DNA from: a virus
Taxonomy: Duplodnaviria > Heunggongvirae > Uroviricota > Caudoviricetes
Virus record (IMG/VR): IMGVR_UViG_3300006217_000016
Span: 6,503 to 70,502 of that record
Length of the DNA stretch: 64,000 nt
Reading direction: 5' to 3' (one strand)
Every line of letters begins with the position of its first letter. Within the stretch, counting starts at the first letter, position 1. The notes under the pieces were generated by a model. It was not told where the DNA came from. It did no database searches and saw only the letters and a list, made by a program, of their open reading frames with translations. A program made the position numbers and the translations under genes. This document shows, one piece after another, positions 9,781 to 18,836 of this stretch.

Positions 9781-10701
9781 TCACCCTTGTTTCTTCAGAT
9801 ATTGGAACATTTCTGTAATATCGTTTGTAATATCGTGCCGGATGGAGCAACAGGAATTCTTTGCGAATTTCCCCTCGACAGCGTCGATATACATGGAGGC
9901 GGACGTGAACTCTCCATCCATACCGTCGTCCCCCATGTAGAATTCCTTCCACTGATCCTCCGACATCAGCCGCCTTACATCGAGCTGGCGAATAGCAAGA
10001 TTGTCAAAGCTGACTGCTTTGAAGAAGCCATGTTTCACAGCGTCACCCAATGCGTTATAGAGTGCAACCTTTTTAGCCGCGATGTCTTCGCCGTGCCGCT
10101 CCAAGTTGTCCTCGCCGCGCCGGAAATCTTTATACCCGAGAATCAGAATCTTCAGGTTGTGACCAGCCAGCGACCTGAACCCCTTCATCGAAATCATACC
10201 GTTGATGATGTGAATGACAGCATTGGGGTAATACTTAACCATCTCAATAAAGCTGTCTGTGTCTTCCGTCCAGTCCAGATAGGAGATACCAAGCCCATAA
10301 ATTAACCCATGCTCCGTCAGGTATCGGAGCATGGGAAGATTTTTCATGAAATGCGTTTTGTTAACCGTGATATTGGGAATCAGCTTCCGCTCTTTGAGTT
10401 GCTGTAGAAATGGAATCAAATCTGGATGGGCGAGCGGATTGCCGCCGCCAATAGCAAGCTCAGTATAGGGGCGGATAGAATCCAAGAATGGCAGATGCAG
10501 GATGTCTCCATGTCTGCCATCCGGTCTTGAGTCCTCGTGACACATAGCGCATCCCATATCACACTGGTTTGTGATCTTGATGTCAAACGACTCTGGGAAC
10601 TCAGGCTCAAAGAAATCCAGGTCGTTTTCACGAACCTTCGTTCCGTCGCTATAGATTCTCACACGGTAATTCCCGTTGGTGTACTCGCCTAAAATACTCA
10701 C
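9781..10701 (-). CDS. Radical SAM domain protein
   Basis: CxxxCxxC motif (CDMGCAMC) near the N-terminus. GTG start with GGGAGG 9 nt upstream. Confidence 0.6.
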   Translation of the reverse strand: MSILGEYTNGNYRVRIYSDGTKVRENDLDFFEPEFPESFDIKITNQCDMGCAMCHEDSRPDGRHGDILHLPFLDSIRPYTELAIGGGNPLAHPDLIPFLQQLKERKLIPNITVNKTHFMKNLPMLRYLTEHGLIYGLGISYLDWTEDTDSFIEMVKYYPNAVIHIINGMISMKGFRSLAGHNLKILILGYKDFRRGEDNLERHGEDIAAKKVALYNALGDAVKHGFFKAVSFDNLAIRQLDVRRLMSEDQWKEFYMGDDGMDGEFTSASMYIDAVEGKFAKNSCCSIRHDITNDITEMFQYLKKQG

Positions 10702-10719
10702 GAAGGTTCCTCCCTTATC

Positions 10720-11016
10720 TTATCCGTCTCTCCCGTACTCACCAAACGCGACCATCTTGTCTCCACTCGGCGTAGTGAAGTAGTGGGAGTATGATTCCAT
10801 AGAACCCCAGTCACTGTAACCCAAGTGTCGATGATCCTGATATCGGTATTCCTCAGATTCGAGGAGCAGCTTTGAATACGGAACGAGTTTGCCATCGAAG
10901 CAGTCATACATCAGTTCATCCTGCTTGAATTTCTCGTATTCTTCCTGCGTGCAGATAACGATGCTATGCGTGGAGCTGCTGTTTGTTTCAAACACTCCAC
11001 ATCTTACTTGTCTCAT
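10720..11016 (-). CDS. Small protein with N-terminal MRQVR-VFETNSSSTHS motif (paralog A)
   Basis: Start at the internal ATG, preceded by AAAGGAGAG. The first ~20 aa are shared with the gene at 15550..16068. Confidence 0.55.
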   Translation of the reverse strand: MRQVRCGVFETNSSSTHSIVICTQEEYEKFKQDELMYDCFDGKLVPYSKLLLESEEYRYQDHRHLGYSDWGSMESYSHYFTTPSGDKMVAFGEYGRDG

Positions 11017-11038
11017 ACGCTCTCCTTTTTGATTGCGA

Positions 11039-11803
11039 TTAAAACTCACATTTTATAGGCCGCGATGTCACATTCTGAAAGAATGGCATCGGCAGGAGCT
11101 TGTGCAGGTTACGCTCGTTCATGGTCTTGATTTTACTGTCAAGCGAAGGATCTCCTGTTGTACCGACCATGATGTACTTGTCGAGCTGCGCATAGGTAAA
11201 ACCGAGATTGTCCTCGTCACTTTTGCCACACAGGCCGTCAGACGGCGTTTTGTCCACCAGTTCACGCGGAATGGGCAATTCGTACCCGATTTGCAGGACT
11301 TCACTCACCAGGAGACTGGCAAGAGGACTGAAATCTCCCGCACTGTCCCCAAACTTTGTGGAATATCCCACATAATCCTCTGAGCCATTACATGTGTTGG
11401 CTACCCGTCCGCCGTTCGGAAGCGACTGCGCAACCGCATACAGTGTTGCCATGCGGATGCGAGCTGGCAGATTTACCTTCGACTGCTCCGTTACAGGCAT
11501 ATAACCGCGAATTTCCAAAGTCAGACGCTCAATCGCTCCTCCGATATTGATAGTGCAGTGCTCAATGCCAAGCGTCTCCACTACCTTTCGGCTGTCCTTG
11601 ATGTCGTGCTGGACACCATTTGGCATCAAAACACCAAATACGCGGTCTTTGCCGAGCGCCTCAACGCACAGGGCGGCGACAATCGAGCTGTCTTTCCCGC
11701 CAGAAATTCCGACAACCGCACTGCACTCCGGGCCGTTTTCCTGAAAATAATCACGAATCCACTGAACGATTGCGTCTTTTGTGTGTTTTGGGTTTGGAAG
11801 CAT
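11039..11803 (-). CDS. nadE: NH3-dependent NAD+ synthetase
   Basis: PP-loop SGGKDS and overall NadE-like sequence. RBS GAGGGG upstream. Confidence 0.8.
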   Translation of the reverse strand: MLPNPKHTKDAIVQWIRDYFQENGPECSAVVGISGGKDSSIVAALCVEALGKDRVFGVLMPNGVQHDIKDSRKVVETLGIEHCTINIGGAIERLTLEIRGYMPVTEQSKVNLPARIRMATLYAVAQSLPNGGRVANTCNGSEDYVGYSTKFGDSAGDFSPLASLLVSEVLQIGYELPIPRELVDKTPSDGLCGKSDEDNLGFTYAQLDKYIMVGTTGDPSLDSKIKTMNERNLHKLLPMPFFQNVTSRPIKCEF

Positions 11804-11806
11804 AAA

Positions 11807-12246
11807 TTACCCCTCTTTTCTCCATAGTTCTACCGTGTATTGCTGGCCAAGAATCTTCTCAATGATTCCGAACACAACACCCCAGTTGCCTCCACCAAGA
11901 CCACATCCAATCTTGTATGGCATTGCAATCGTCTCGCCAGCAGGAACGATCTGTTTTAATTGGAGTAGACACTTTTCAAAAGCTGCATAGTCTGTGTACT
12001 GCCTTCCGTTATAACCGTACTGGTCTTGAGAAAACAGATTGCAAACAACCTGGGGATCAATATTCTTGCCATCAACAGGTGTGCGCCCTCATCGCACCTG
12101 ACCTTATACCATTTGTAAACTGTGGGGAATTTTGTCCTTATCTGCTTTGCGACGCCGCTTCCCATTTTCCCTTGGCAGTTCACTTGGTGGCAAATATAAT
12201 TTGATTTTGTAGAGAACAGGTCTCCATCAATTATTTTGATAGACAT
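11807..12246 (-). pseudogene. Macro-domain (ADP-ribose binding/processing) gene interrupted by a -1 frameshift near 12078-12081
   Basis: The N-terminal part (GDLFSTKSNYICHQVNCQGKMGSGVAKQIR...YKWYKVRCDEGAH) is in one frame. The C-terminal macro core (VDGKNIDPQVVCNLFSQDQYGYNGRQYTDYAAFEKC...AMPYKIGCGLGGGNWGVVFGIIEKIL...) continues in the -1 frame and stops at 11807-11809, just before the nadE ATG. The 5' ATG overlaps the NAMPT stop (ATGA). Confidence 0.6.
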
Positions 12247-13772
12247 CAAAATTCCCCTCCATGGAGATTCTGCCGAACCTCATCCAAGGTATAAATTTTG
12301 ATGAACTCCCCATTCTTGAAGACCACCCGTAATTCATTGTTCTCTTGAGCCTCAGCCCAAGTTAGGCCATCCTTATAGATGTAGTTATCACCGTTTTTGA
12401 TCACACGGCAGCAACCCCGCTGAGACTTCTTGAAGTGACCAGTGTCGGTCTTGGGATTCTTGAAAATCATGATGGGCTTGCCGTCTGCATCCTCGGCATA
12501 GGTGGCCTTAACGGCGATACCAAAGGTGTCACGGGTGTATGGTGCGTATGTCTTATTGACAACAGAGATACCGGAAACGGGATTGGGTTCACTTCGTTCC
12601 AAAGTCTCCAAGCACTGCATGGAGAAGGAACCGACGCCAAGGGAGACATTGTTAATGGCAAACCCGTTGGATTCCAGAATCTGATAGATTTGCTTGCATC
12701 GCTGGGGAGTAATGCTGTCACCATACAACGCCTTGACGTGCGGATTCAGCACTTTGAACCCCTTGCTGTTCACGGTGCCTCCAAAAATGTCCCACAGCTT
12801 GAACGCAGTCTTGGTCACGACCTCGACGGGGTCTCCACTGTCTCCACGGATAAGCAGACATCCATCGTGTGCCAGAATCTCGTCTTTGAGCTGCGGCAGG
12901 ATGTTGTCTACCAGATTCCAGTAATCGTAGCTGTCACTGACCATGGAGAAGTTCTGGTGAGGGTAAATCTCGGTCAGCAGACGGCGGATATGGGTGACCT
13001 CGTCACCGTCCATAGCGAAGTTGGAACACATCACGCTGTGTTCGGTGGACAAAGCGCCATAGGCTACCGGCTCCTTAGCACAGTCGCAGTGATAGTTGTC
13101 CTCCAGCCACAGGATTGCGGGAACAGTGGCGGTGTTCAGGAAGCTGAGACAGAAAGCGGCAGAACTTTTGGTGGCGCTCTCCACGCTCTCTTGACCACGC
13201 ATGGAAAAATCGCCAAGGAGTCTGGCGCGGACCACGCTGTCATCACAGGTGCGATCTGTAAACTCGTTGACGATTTGGCGGTAGCGATAGCCGACCTCGG
13301 CGGAAACTTGGGTGTGCCACATGGTGCAGGACAGCATGGTCTCAATGGAGTTCACCAGCCACACAAAGTTCGGATGGGTGTTGGAAATCTCAATTTGCGG
13401 CACCTTGATATTGGTACGCACACCCTCCGGCACGGCCCGAATCTCTAGGGGAAGATAGCCCAAGTCATGAAGAGCTTTCAGGCGCTTTTCTCCAACACCA
13501 TCGGTGTTGATGGTGGCGTTGAGAACCCGCTTATACTCGCTGAGGACATCCTCCCAGTCCTCTTGGAAGAAAAAGTGGTTGAAGGCATCAACGAGGTACT
13601 CCTTGATGAACGCCTGGAGGCCAAACATCGTGACCTTATCTGTGTCTCCCAGCCGGGTCATGCGGGGAGTGTAGTAGGAGACCATCTTGGTCAGGGTCTG
13701 CGGATACTGCTCTGCGTGGGCCGTCTTGTAAAAGTCCAGGCAAAGCAGTGGATTGTAGCAACAACCACTCAT
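12246..13772 (-). CDS. nadV: Nicotinamide phosphoribosyltransferase (NAMPT/NadV family). A NARP1-type Namat (NAMPT/PncB homolog) cannot be excluded.
   Basis: The N-terminus aligns well with NAMPT (DFYKTAHAEQYP vs DSYKVTHYKQYP). The C-terminal VFKNGEFIKIYTLDEVRQN also matches. Confidence 0.75.
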   Translation of the reverse strand: MSGCCYNPLLCLDFYKTAHAEQYPQTLTKMVSYYTPRMTRLGDTDKVTMFGLQAFIKEYLVDAFNHFFFQEDWEDVLSEYKRVLNATINTDGVGEKRLKALHDLGYLPLEIRAVPEGVRTNIKVPQIEISNTHPNFVWLVNSIETMLSCTMWHTQVSAEVGYRYRQIVNEFTDRTCDDSVVRARLLGDFSMRGQESVESATKSSAAFCLSFLNTATVPAILWLEDNYHCDCAKEPVAYGALSTEHSVMCSNFAMDGDEVTHIRRLLTEIYPHQNFSMVSDSYDYWNLVDNILPQLKDEILAHDGCLLIRGDSGDPVEVVTKTAFKLWDIFGGTVNSKGFKVLNPHVKALYGDSITPQRCKQIYQILESNGFAINNVSLGVGSFSMQCLETLERSEPNPVSGISVVNKTYAPYTRDTFGIAVKATYAEDADGKPIMIFKNPKTDTGHFKKSQRGCCRVIKNGDNYIYKDGLTWAEAQENNELRVVFKNGEFIKIYTLDEVRQNLHGGEF

Positions 13773-13993
13773 TTCTCATCATCCTCACTTTCAACTTTCT
13801 TTCCCGCATAGTAGATTGCAAATGCAAGAGGAGCCACGATAAACCACAAAGCCATGATCCATATTGGTAGATAGTGCATATCTTCCAGGTCGCTATAGCT
13901 GTTCTTTTTATACATCAGGTAGTAGTAAAAACCGCCAAGAGAAGAACCAATCAGAATGTAAGTGATAACAATTAAAACGATTAGAAACAGCAT
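13769..13993 (-). CDS. Small membrane protein
   Basis: 74 aa with two TM helices. RBS GAGGTGA upstream. ATGA overlap with the NAMPT start. Confidence 0.5.
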   Translation of the reverse strand: MLFLIVLIVITYILIGSSLGGFYYYLMYKKNSYSDLEDMHYLPIWIMALWFIVAPLAFAIYYAGKKVESEDDEK

Positions 13994-14002
13994 ATTGTCA
14001 CC

Positions 14003-14170
14003 TCAATAGTGAATTTTCTGGACATAACCACACTTTTTGCAACGGTATATTTCTGTGTATCCAATAGGCATATCCTGTGGAGCCCACTCAGAATAGTTGG
14101 TTACTCTCGTGATATGTTCCCACTCATGTTTGCAAAACAGCGAGCGGATATAGTTGATAAGCCATCTCAT
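14003..14170 (-). CDS. Small zinc-ribbon-like protein (MRWLINYIRSLFCKHEW...CKKCGYVQKIHY)
   Basis: 55-aa ORF not in the track (under 60 aa). RBS GGAGGTG upstream. Fills the gap between the prs-like and membrane protein genes. Confidence 0.35.
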   Translation of the reverse strand: MRWLINYIRSLFCKHEWEHITRVTNYSEWAPQDMPIGYTEIYRCKKCGYVQKIHY

Positions 14171-14186
14171 CGCGCACCTCCTATGA

Positions 14187-14987
14187 CTACTCTAATACAG
14201 CCACTTTCTCATGTTCACCACGATAGATGCTGTTTGTTGTAAATACTCGTGAAATCTGGCCATCTGTCAACACGGAGCCCTTGAAGATGGTGCTCTCACA
14301 ATGGGACACATACAGAAAAATTTCCTTTGCACCAGCTTCTTTCAGGGCAGCAGCAGTATGGGTAAACGTACCGCCACGGGAGCAAATGTCGTCCACAATA
14401 AGAACATTTCGACCGGCGACCTTCTCACTGTTGGCGAGTTCAAGCCCTTCAATTTTGCCAGTGCGCCAGTCACGGTGCTTGATACCGAACACATACTCCC
14501 GGCCCATCAGGTCGGAGTACCGCTTGGCAGCGCCCTCGTCCGGGTAGCACATCAGAACATCAGTATCGCCTGTATCAGCCATGACACGCTCAATAGCCAG
14601 ACGGATATTGTCCGCAGGCTCCTTCACGCAGATGCGGTCGATAAGCGCTGCCGCCACATTGGAATGTGGATCAAGCACTTCAACCTTACGAAAGTTGAGA
14701 GTGTTAATGAACTCGGCGAACCATTTCAGGGTGAACACCTCGTCGCCGCTCTTGACCCTGTCCATACGAGCATTGGGAATGTACGGCAAAACGAGCTCAA
14801 TATCCACACCCATCCGATTGTTCGCCCGAATGTGATGCACCAAATGCCACAGGAGCATACACTCGTGGTCGCCATCATACCGCCACTCAATACGGAACCA
14901 GACAGCGTCTTTGGTATCAAGGCGGAAGGATGTGGTCCCGTCTGGGAACTGCGTAAAGTTAACAGGGGTTCTGTTCACCAGAATCAT
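14187..14987 (-). CDS. Short ribose-phosphate pyrophosphokinase (Prs)-like enzyme; PRPP synthetase or ADP-ribose pyrophosphokinase (Adps-like)
   Basis: N-terminal Prs domain (FPDGTTSF...PYIPNARMDR). PRTase-type motif VLIVDDICSRGGT. 266 aa, shorter than canonical Prs. Confidence 0.7.
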   Translation of the reverse strand: MILVNRTPVNFTQFPDGTTSFRLDTKDAVWFRIEWRYDGDHECMLLWHLVHHIRANNRMGVDIELVLPYIPNARMDRVKSGDEVFTLKWFAEFINTLNFRKVEVLDPHSNVAAALIDRICVKEPADNIRLAIERVMADTGDTDVLMCYPDEGAAKRYSDLMGREYVFGIKHRDWRTGKIEGLELANSEKVAGRNVLIVDDICSRGGTFTHTAAALKEAGAKEIFLYVSHCESTIFKGSVLTDGQISRVFTTNSIYRGEHEKVAVLE

Positions 14988-14990
14988 GTC

Positions 14991-15539
14991 TTACTCCTCC
15001 CAGTTCTCAATGTTGATTTGACACATCTTCATGGCCTTGAGGGCATTTTCGTGGCTCTCTGGTGTCACGCCAGCGCAGCAAGCGGCATCCACCGTAATTT
15101 TGACTTCCGGCAAAAACGCTTTAAGCAGCAGCGCGTTGGAAATGACACAGATATCGGTGCAGAGGCCGACCAGGACAATCTCGTCAATATGGCTCGACAC
15201 GCTGTTTTTAATGCGCAGGTACTCGCCAAGTTCAATAGAGCCAAACGTTTTCTTTCTGAAAGTAGAAGTCCACTCCTCCTTGTCTACGATTGCATTGAAA
15301 AGCACATCAGGGGCGCACCAGCCCTCGGTCTTATCAATGCAGTGCTCAACGGGGAGCATCTTCCCTTCCTGCGTCTCCAGATAGTCCTTATCGTGGGTAT
15401 CAAAGGTTGCAAGGATCTCGCCGTCAAACTCTTCGGCTTTCGCAACAACCTTCGGCAGAATCGCCTGCGCCTCTTTGGTGCCAAGAGACCCATCAATGAA
15501 ATCGTTTTGCATATCAACAATGACCAATACCTTACTCAT
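14991..15539 (-). CDS. pncA: Nicotinamidase/isochorismatase-family hydrolase (PncA-like)
   Basis: VLVIVDMQNDF and GLCTDICV motifs. Start at the internal ATG with AGGAGG upstream. Confidence 0.7.
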   Translation of the reverse strand: MSKVLVIVDMQNDFIDGSLGTKEAQAILPKVVAKAEEFDGEILATFDTHDKDYLETQEGKMLPVEHCIDKTEGWCAPDVLFNAIVDKEEWTSTFRKKTFGSIELGEYLRIKNSVSSHIDEIVLVGLCTDICVISNALLLKAFLPEVKITVDAACCAGVTPESHENALKAMKMCQINIENWEE

Positions 15540-15549
15540 ATGTACCTCC

Positions 15550-16068
15550 TTAGTTCCCCTTGTAGTAAAATTCGTGCCGGTAATCGACATGGAAATTTTC
15601 CACGCGATCATCGTCAATTTCATCACTTGTTGTTAAAACAACGCTTTTATCGGAGAATAAATAACGGAGCAGCCGCCCGCTGCTCCGAAGTATTCCGTCC
15701 ACGAACCTCAGATGATCGTCCTCACCAGCATGATCGACAAAAGCATTAACGCAATAAACGCCGCTTCCATATCTGTGATAGGTGGCCTTTTCAAACTCAC
15801 ATTGAACACCAACTTTCATCAGTTCTTCCATAATCCATGTCTTTGCGTTCTCTGCCTTTTTCATTTCATAAAGCGACAGGATACTGGAGTATAAATACGC
15901 AGCCTTATCCTCGACTGACCGCAGTTCAGCAGGCTCTCGGCCAAAATCGTCACATCGAAAATACACCTTTTCTGGATATTCTAGTTCAGCCTTCCTGTCC
16001 GTCACAATACAAATACAGTGGGTGCTGCTGGAATTGGTCTCAAACACCGAATTTCGTACTTGCCGCAT
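15550..16068 (-). CDS. Protein with N-terminal MRQVR-VFETNSSSTHC motif (paralog B)
   Basis: Start at the internal ATG, preceded by AAGGAGA. Shares its N-terminal 20 aa with 10720..11016. Confidence 0.55.
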   Translation of the reverse strand: MRQVRNSVFETNSSSTHCICIVTDRKAELEYPEKVYFRCDDFGREPAELRSVEDKAAYLYSSILSLYEMKKAENAKTWIMEELMKVGVQCEFEKATYHRYGSGVYCVNAFVDHAGEDDHLRFVDGILRSSGRLLRYLFSDKSVVLTTSDEIDDDRVENFHVDYRHEFYYKGN

Positions 16069-16240
16069 TGGTTTTCTCCTTAAACTGATATGTTGTTCGT
16101 TCTGTAATCCGTCATTACAGATGTCCAGGTGAGATGTGACTGGACATCTGAATGATGCCAAAGGACTCGCGAGCGGCGCGACTTCGTCGGCGTCAGCCGA
16201 CCTCGTCGCGCTCGCGCAGCGAGGAAACAAACAAATCCAT

Positions 16241-16262
16241 ACTCCGATTAACAATACGGAGT
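16241..16262. repeat. Conserved hairpin repeat, copy A2 (ACTCCG-ATTAACAATA-CGGAGT)
   Basis: Stem carries compensatory changes relative to the other copies. Confidence 0.6.
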
Positions 16263-16449
16263 GCCCGCTTTATGTATTGATTGGTTATAACAGGCGATAT
16301 ACATTACAGAACTGTCGGAATTTTCTTTTTGCAGCCTTGAAGAAGTGACGCCGATGATCCAAGATCCGGGAGGATCGCCCGCGATCCGTACGGATCTTTG
16401 ATCATTCGGAGGAACTTCTTTGAGCGTGTGAACGGTTACCCTTGCGTTT

Positions 16450-16469
16450 CTCTGATTCACAATACAGAG
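16450..16469. repeat. Conserved hairpin repeat, copy A1 (CTCTG-ATTCACAATA-CAGAG)
   Basis: Lies about 45 nt after the stop of the 16516..17130 gene. Confidence 0.6.
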
Positions 16470-16515
16470 TGCCCTATGTACGCAGACTGTGGGCTAATAC
16501 GCTGCAAAATGATTA

Positions 16516-17130
16516 TTACTCCTGGAACCTGTAGTCAACTCTCTCCCAGTTCCCAGGTCTTAGATATGTGATATAGATTTTGTCAAACGCCCAAGAACCG
16601 ACATCTCCCATGCCAGCCTCTCCGCGATAATCTCCGCCTCCCATGCCATTCCCGATGCAAGTGAGAAGCGGAAGCGGGTTGATACACCACACGCCAGACA
16701 TCCCGTATCTGTCGCGGACGGAGTTCCGCCTTATGTATTCCTCTATGTCGATGTAGCACTTTTTCGTTGCATTCACCAGATAGCACCCGGCGCTGTCGAG
16801 ATCGAGCTTATATTGTGGCGTTTCCGGTGAGATATCCTGAACGCTTCTGTATTCACCCCACACGCCGTTATACTTTTCAAGGAAGGCTTCAACACTTGTG
16901 ATATATCCATCACCAAAGTTGCATCCATCCTCCACTGCATCGGTGGCATAGTCTCCCATCCATGCGATACGGGCCGGTCTGTCCTCGATTTCATGCAGCA
17001 CCGCGTTAACAAAGTTATTGCCGATCCATGAGTGCTCCATCAGCTTGAGCCCATTGTCAAATGCGTGAGAATACGCAGACCGTTCCTCTCCGTCTTCAAA
17101 AATCATCAGCGGTCTATAATACTGTCCCAT
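16516..17130 (-). CDS. Hypothetical protein
   Basis: 204 aa. ATGA overlap with the upstream gene. Confidence 0.5.
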   Translation of the reverse strand: MGQYYRPLMIFEDGEERSAYSHAFDNGLKLMEHSWIGNNFVNAVLHEIEDRPARIAWMGDYATDAVEDGCNFGDGYITSVEAFLEKYNGVWGEYRSVQDISPETPQYKLDLDSAGCYLVNATKKCYIDIEEYIRRNSVRDRYGMSGVWCINPLPLLTCIGNGMGGGDYRGEAGMGDVGSWAFDKIYITYLRPGNWERVDYRFQE

Positions 17131-17570
17131 CAGCTCGCCCTCCCAAGCACAGCTATAAAGCTGTCCGTTTCAATATCCTCCTCGATGTCAGCAGGCGCAA
17201 ACCAGTCGTCGGCATCTTCATCGGTGTCTTCTTCAATATCGTCTTCGACATTTTCTTCTTCTTCATCCCACGCTTCGTTTTCGTCCATATGCCGGAGGAC
17301 TTCGTTCTTGTAGTCGTCAAATGAATAATCTGCGTCCTCATATCCGCCATATCCATCCTCGCGGTAGTAATCGCAACGAGTCGGAATGTTCGCCAGAAGG
17401 CCACGGATTTCTTCCCAGTCACGCATATTGCCGATTGTTTCCAGCAGGATTTCATTGAGGTATTCTGCATCATAAACATCGTTGCAGAGATCATCAATTC
17501 CCTCATCAACACAGAAACTGATTAGGTCGCCGAATGAGTTTACACCTTCGATAAATTCCTGACGTGTCAT
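17130..17570 (-). CDS. Acidic small protein P1 of the C-terminal-tail family (ends DSFIAVLGRAS)
   Basis: 146 aa. RBS AAAGGGG upstream. Lies immediately downstream of the tRNA cluster. Confidence 0.5.
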   Translation of the reverse strand: MTRQEFIEGVNSFGDLISFCVDEGIDDLCNDVYDAEYLNEILLETIGNMRDWEEIRGLLANIPTRCDYYREDGYGGYEDADYSFDDYKNEVLRHMDENEAWDEEEENVEDDIEEDTDEDADDWFAPADIEEDIETDSFIAVLGRAS

Positions 17571-17594
17571 GAAGAAGACCCCTTTCTGTTGAAT

Positions 17595-17669
17595 TGGTGA
17601 CCCGGACGGGAGTCGAACCCGCGTTACCAGAGTGAAGGTCTGGTGTCTTAACCGCTTGACTACCGGGCC
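17595..17669 (-). tRNA. tRNA, probably Glu (UUC) with an unusual C33
   Basis: Clean cloverleaf. Acceptor GGCCCGG/CCGGGTC, T-loop TTCGACT, CCA encoded. Anticodon loop CCUUCAC. Confidence 0.6.
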
Positions 17670-17672
17670 GTA

Positions 17673-17748
17673 TGGTCTGAGTGGGGAGGATCGAACTCCC
17701 GGCCTCGTGATCCCAAATCACGCGCTCTGCCAACTGAGCTACACCCAG
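17673..17748 (-). tRNA. tRNA-Pro (UGG)
   Basis: Acceptor CTGGGTG/CACTCAG with C1-G72. D-arm GCTCAGTTGGCAGAGC. Anticodon loop TTTGGGA. CCA encoded. Confidence 0.75.
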
Positions 17749-17851
17749 ATATTGTGCGGGCGGGGATTTTCACCCCGCATAGGTAAGATTATGTACCTGC
17801 TACCGAGCTTGTCGCCCATCGGCTACTTCACCGAACCCAAACAGGAGGACA

Positions 17852-17930
17852 ACGATGGACTCGAACCATTGTCTTACCCTACCTCTCGTTATAGCGTCTA
17901 CCTATTCCGCCACCGCACATTTTGTATTGT
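17852..17930 (-). tRNA. Degenerate tRNA-like remnant (T-loop GGTTCGAGTCC; no consistent acceptor or anticodon arm)
   Basis: T-arm-like sequence found, but hand-folding failed. Adjacent GCGGGG-ATTTTCA-CCCCGC hairpin at 17764-17782. Confidence 0.2.
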
Positions 17931-18039
17931 GTAGCTCTAAAAACAGGACTCCCGCAGGCGAGCGTCCCTGTAAACCTGCTACACTCGGTTTTGAGCGTGC
18001 CCATCCCGCAGGGCGGCGGGGTGCTCCGTGTACTTTGGA

Positions 18040-18074
18040 GCAAAGAAAAAGATCGTGCCGAGAACTACGGCACG
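18040..18074 (-). terminator. Rho-independent terminator just 3' of tRNA-Gly
   Basis: Hairpin CGTGCCG-AGAACTA-CGGCACG followed by a U-run on the minus strand. Confidence 0.55.
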
Positions 18075-18075
18075 C

Positions 18076-18151
18076 TGGAGTGAGAGACGGGACTTGAACC
18101 CGCAGCTTCCGACTTGGAAGGACGGCACTCTGCCAGTTGAGTTACTCCCAC
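18076..18151 (-). tRNA. tRNA-Gly (UCC)
   Basis: Acceptor GTGGGAG/CTCTCAC. D-stem ACTC/GAGT. Anticodon loop CTTCCAA. T-arm GCGGGTTCAAGTCCCGT. CCA encoded. Confidence 0.75.
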
Positions 18152-18154
18152 AGA

Positions 18155-18573
18155 TGGTGGAGCCGGCGGGAATCGAACCCGCGTCCGAAATTCCTACATG
18201 AGCAAGACCTTTTTACGCAATAGGTTTCCTTTTAGGTGGATGCCTTATGGCGGGGCACCAAGATGGAATCCAAATCTACCCCAGGGCGTACCAGTTAAGT
18301 ACACCTCCACCACCTTGTCTTTTTGAACAGATTACAAGGAAAACTGTTTTTCTGGCGTATCCTCGACCGCAGGTACTTACCCAGCCAGAGGTGTACCGTT
18401 TTGGAATCCTGCCGACAGTTAAGCGGCGACCCTCTCTGCCATGAAGGCGGCGAAAGCGGGATGGATCATAACAACACTCATATCATTGTCATTTCATTTT
18501 TTGTTTAGCCTTAAGGCGGTCTCTACCTGCGAATCTTACTCTCTCAGAACCCCGTCGAAACCTTTACGGCCCC
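18155..18573 (-). ncRNA. ssrA: tmRNA (SsrA), about 419 nt
   Basis: 5' end GGGGCCGUAAAGGUUUCGACGGGG and 3' end AUGUAGGAAUUUCGGACGCGGGUUCGAUUCCCGCCGGCUCCACCA are near-identical to bacterial tmRNA termini. An internal frame ends ...AFAAFMAERVAA-UAA (stop near 18419-18421), consistent with a degradation tag. Confidence 0.8.
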
Positions 18574-18603
18574 GTAAAAGAGGCCCGGCGTATAGCCGGG
18601 CCG
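18574..18603 (-). terminator. Hairpin GGCCCGGC-GTATA-GCCGGGCC plus U-run immediately 5' of tmRNA (terminator-like or processing element)
   Basis: Perfect 8-bp stem followed by UCUUUU on the minus strand. Confidence 0.4.
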
Positions 18604-18677
18604 TTCCCCACATTGTTATAGACCGCATGGGTGCGCTGTCTTATTAAATACCATGTTTGCACGTTCCCCTTTCGGGG

Positions 18678-18753
18678 TGGAGCTGGTAACAGGAGTCGAA
18701 CCCGCGACACTCGGAGTACAAAACCGATGCTCTACCAACTGAGCTATACCAGC
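18678..18753 (-). tRNA. tRNA-Thr (UGU)
   Basis: Acceptor GCTGGTA/TACCAGC. D-arm GCTCAGTTGGTAGAGC. Anticodon loop TTTGTAC. CCA encoded. Confidence 0.75.
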
Positions 18754-18756
18754 AAA

Positions 18757-18832
18757 TGGAGCTGATGCACGGACTCGAACCGCGAACCTAAGCTTTACGA
18801 AAGCCTCGCTCTGCCATTAGAGCTACATCAGC
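18757..18832 (-). tRNA. tRNA-Thr (CGU)
   Basis: Acceptor GCTGATG/CATCAGC. Anticodon loop TTCGTAA. T-loop TTCGAGT. CCA encoded. Confidence 0.7.
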
Positions 18833-18836
18833 ATGT

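Noticed and set aside
16248-16460. 70-aa minus-strand ORF inside spacer A
   Set aside because: It spans both hairpin-repeat copies and has no RBS. The spacer is more consistent with non-coding RNA or regulatory DNA.
17749-18075. RNase P RNA or a second tmRNA-like RNA in the tRNA-cluster gap
   Set aside because: No P4-type conserved motifs (AGGAAAGUCC / ACAGNRAA) were found. Only a T-arm-like remnant and terminator hairpins are present.
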